Shown here piece by piece: positions 63,101-64,000 of a stretch of DNA of 64,000 bases. The notes below the pieces were generated by a model. It was given only the letters and a program-made list of their open reading frames with translations, made no database searches and was not told where the DNA came from. The DNA is from Klebsormidium nitens (taxonomy: Eukaryota; Plantae; Klebsormidiophyceae), in assembly GCA_000708835.1 (NCBI GenBank), contig DF237024.1, positions 1 through 64,000 of the forward strand, read 5' to 3'. Numbering within the stretch: the stretch's first letter is position 1; the number at the start of each line of letters is the position of its first letter. The position numbers were made by a program, and so were the translations under genes.

Positions 63101-64000
63101 GCATTCAGTGACTGCACAGATCTAGAAGCTTTACGGTCTGTGTGACAAACGGGAGGTTTGAGCTAGAGCAAATTGTGGCGATCTTAGATCTTCTGCTTTT
63201 TCTTTACGTTTTTCCGGAAAAGCTAGCTACAACGGCATACTTCGGTTGACGGCAACGCCGGACATTACGGGCGTTTGCCACGCCCTGCAGAAATGCCCTC
63301 TTAAGCATTGACAAATTTACCGTGTTGCTTGTGAATCTCTGTACGGAAGAATCCATTGGTCGCATGCTGTTACGCTCGATCCCTACCTACACAACCACTG
63401 ATTGAAGCTGGCAAATGCTTTCAGTGAACGCTTGTCAGAAAATATCGGCGTTGCGTCTCCGCCGGCAAATCCTGATCAACGGTGTGCATCTTAACATTTG
63501 CTTCCTTTTGCTGTTATTTTGATCTTGTGAGAGGTGGTAGACTCAGGAAAGAAGTACCACTAGCAACCTAAGACTTGGTAACCCTAAGAACTACACATGA
63601 GGAAGTTTCCCCAGCCTTGAAAGGGGTAGCGATTCTCACCTGCAAGCCCTGGTCGACGACGCGAAGTAAGATATCAAACTTCAAAAGCAGAGAGGAAGCT
63701 CCCAGGGCCATCATTCGAGTTGTGATTCACACCTGCGAGTCCTGGTCGACGACGCGCATCTTGGCAAAGTCTACCCCGTTCTCCATGCCACCATACGGCT
63801 CGTTCCTTTTCAAACTAAAAGGAACCGAGAACCATAAAACTATATCCAACCGGAAAAAAAGTAGCGAATCTTACCTGCGAGTCCTGGTCCACGACGCGCA
63901 TCTTGGCGAAGTCCACCCCGTTCTCCATGCCACCATACGGCTCGCTCAGCGCATGTGCCGCGGCTTGAAGCGCCTTGGTATGCAAACCCTGGCCCATCTC
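60169..64000 (-). CDS. AO: Plant-type aldehyde oxidase (xanthine oxidoreductase family molybdo-flavoenzyme), 3' part; gene continues beyond the window
   Basis: Exons >64000-63875, 63070-62903, 62571-62467, 61917-61819, 61134-60945, 60368-60169. Motifs [89 protein letters not shown]. The ASGEPP...SVH and PATMP motifs resemble plant AO more than XDH. Confidence 0.88.
60757..60873 (-). repeat. Degenerate copy of AO exon 3' end with its own GTGAGC donor
   Basis: [36 protein letters not shown] versus the real [36 protein letters not shown]; offset 183 nt. Confidence 0.9.
63635..63802 (-). repeat. Two intronic copies of AO exon 3' end + donor
   Basis: 63733-63802 matches 63875-63944 at 67/70 nt (donor GTGTGA). 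63640-63663 is a shorter copy (donor GTGAGA). Confidence 0.9.

Overview
Eukaryotic nuclear DNA with intron-rich GT-AG genes and GC-rich exons. The gene set (plant-type fibrillin, aldehyde oxidase, EDRF1, HEATR6, F-box/LRR) points to a streptophyte green alga, Klebsormidium-like (inference). No rRNA, tRNA, CRISPR array or recognisable transposon ORF was seen. Genes in order: 2OG-Fe(II) dioxygenase (+); a MAX2-resembling F-box/LRR gene with two frame breaks (-); class-V PLP aminotransferase/cysteine-desulfurase-like gene (+); HEATR6 (-) head-to-head with EDRF1 (+); a possible small plastid-targeted orphan (+); fibrillin FBN3-like (-); a ~2,600-aa PH/coiled-coil/17xPLAT protein (+); and the 3' part of a plant-type aldehyde oxidase (-). 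The main unexplained structure is at least 13 'exon-edge echoes' in 5 genes. Each is a degenerate tandem copy of an exon end, usually with its splice site, lying in the adjacent intron and offset about 93-195 nt (mostly 140-195). Some carry stops or indels, two differ from the exon only at synonymous sites, and one could form a new exon/intron. All exon models were read by eye and need RNA-seq confirmation.
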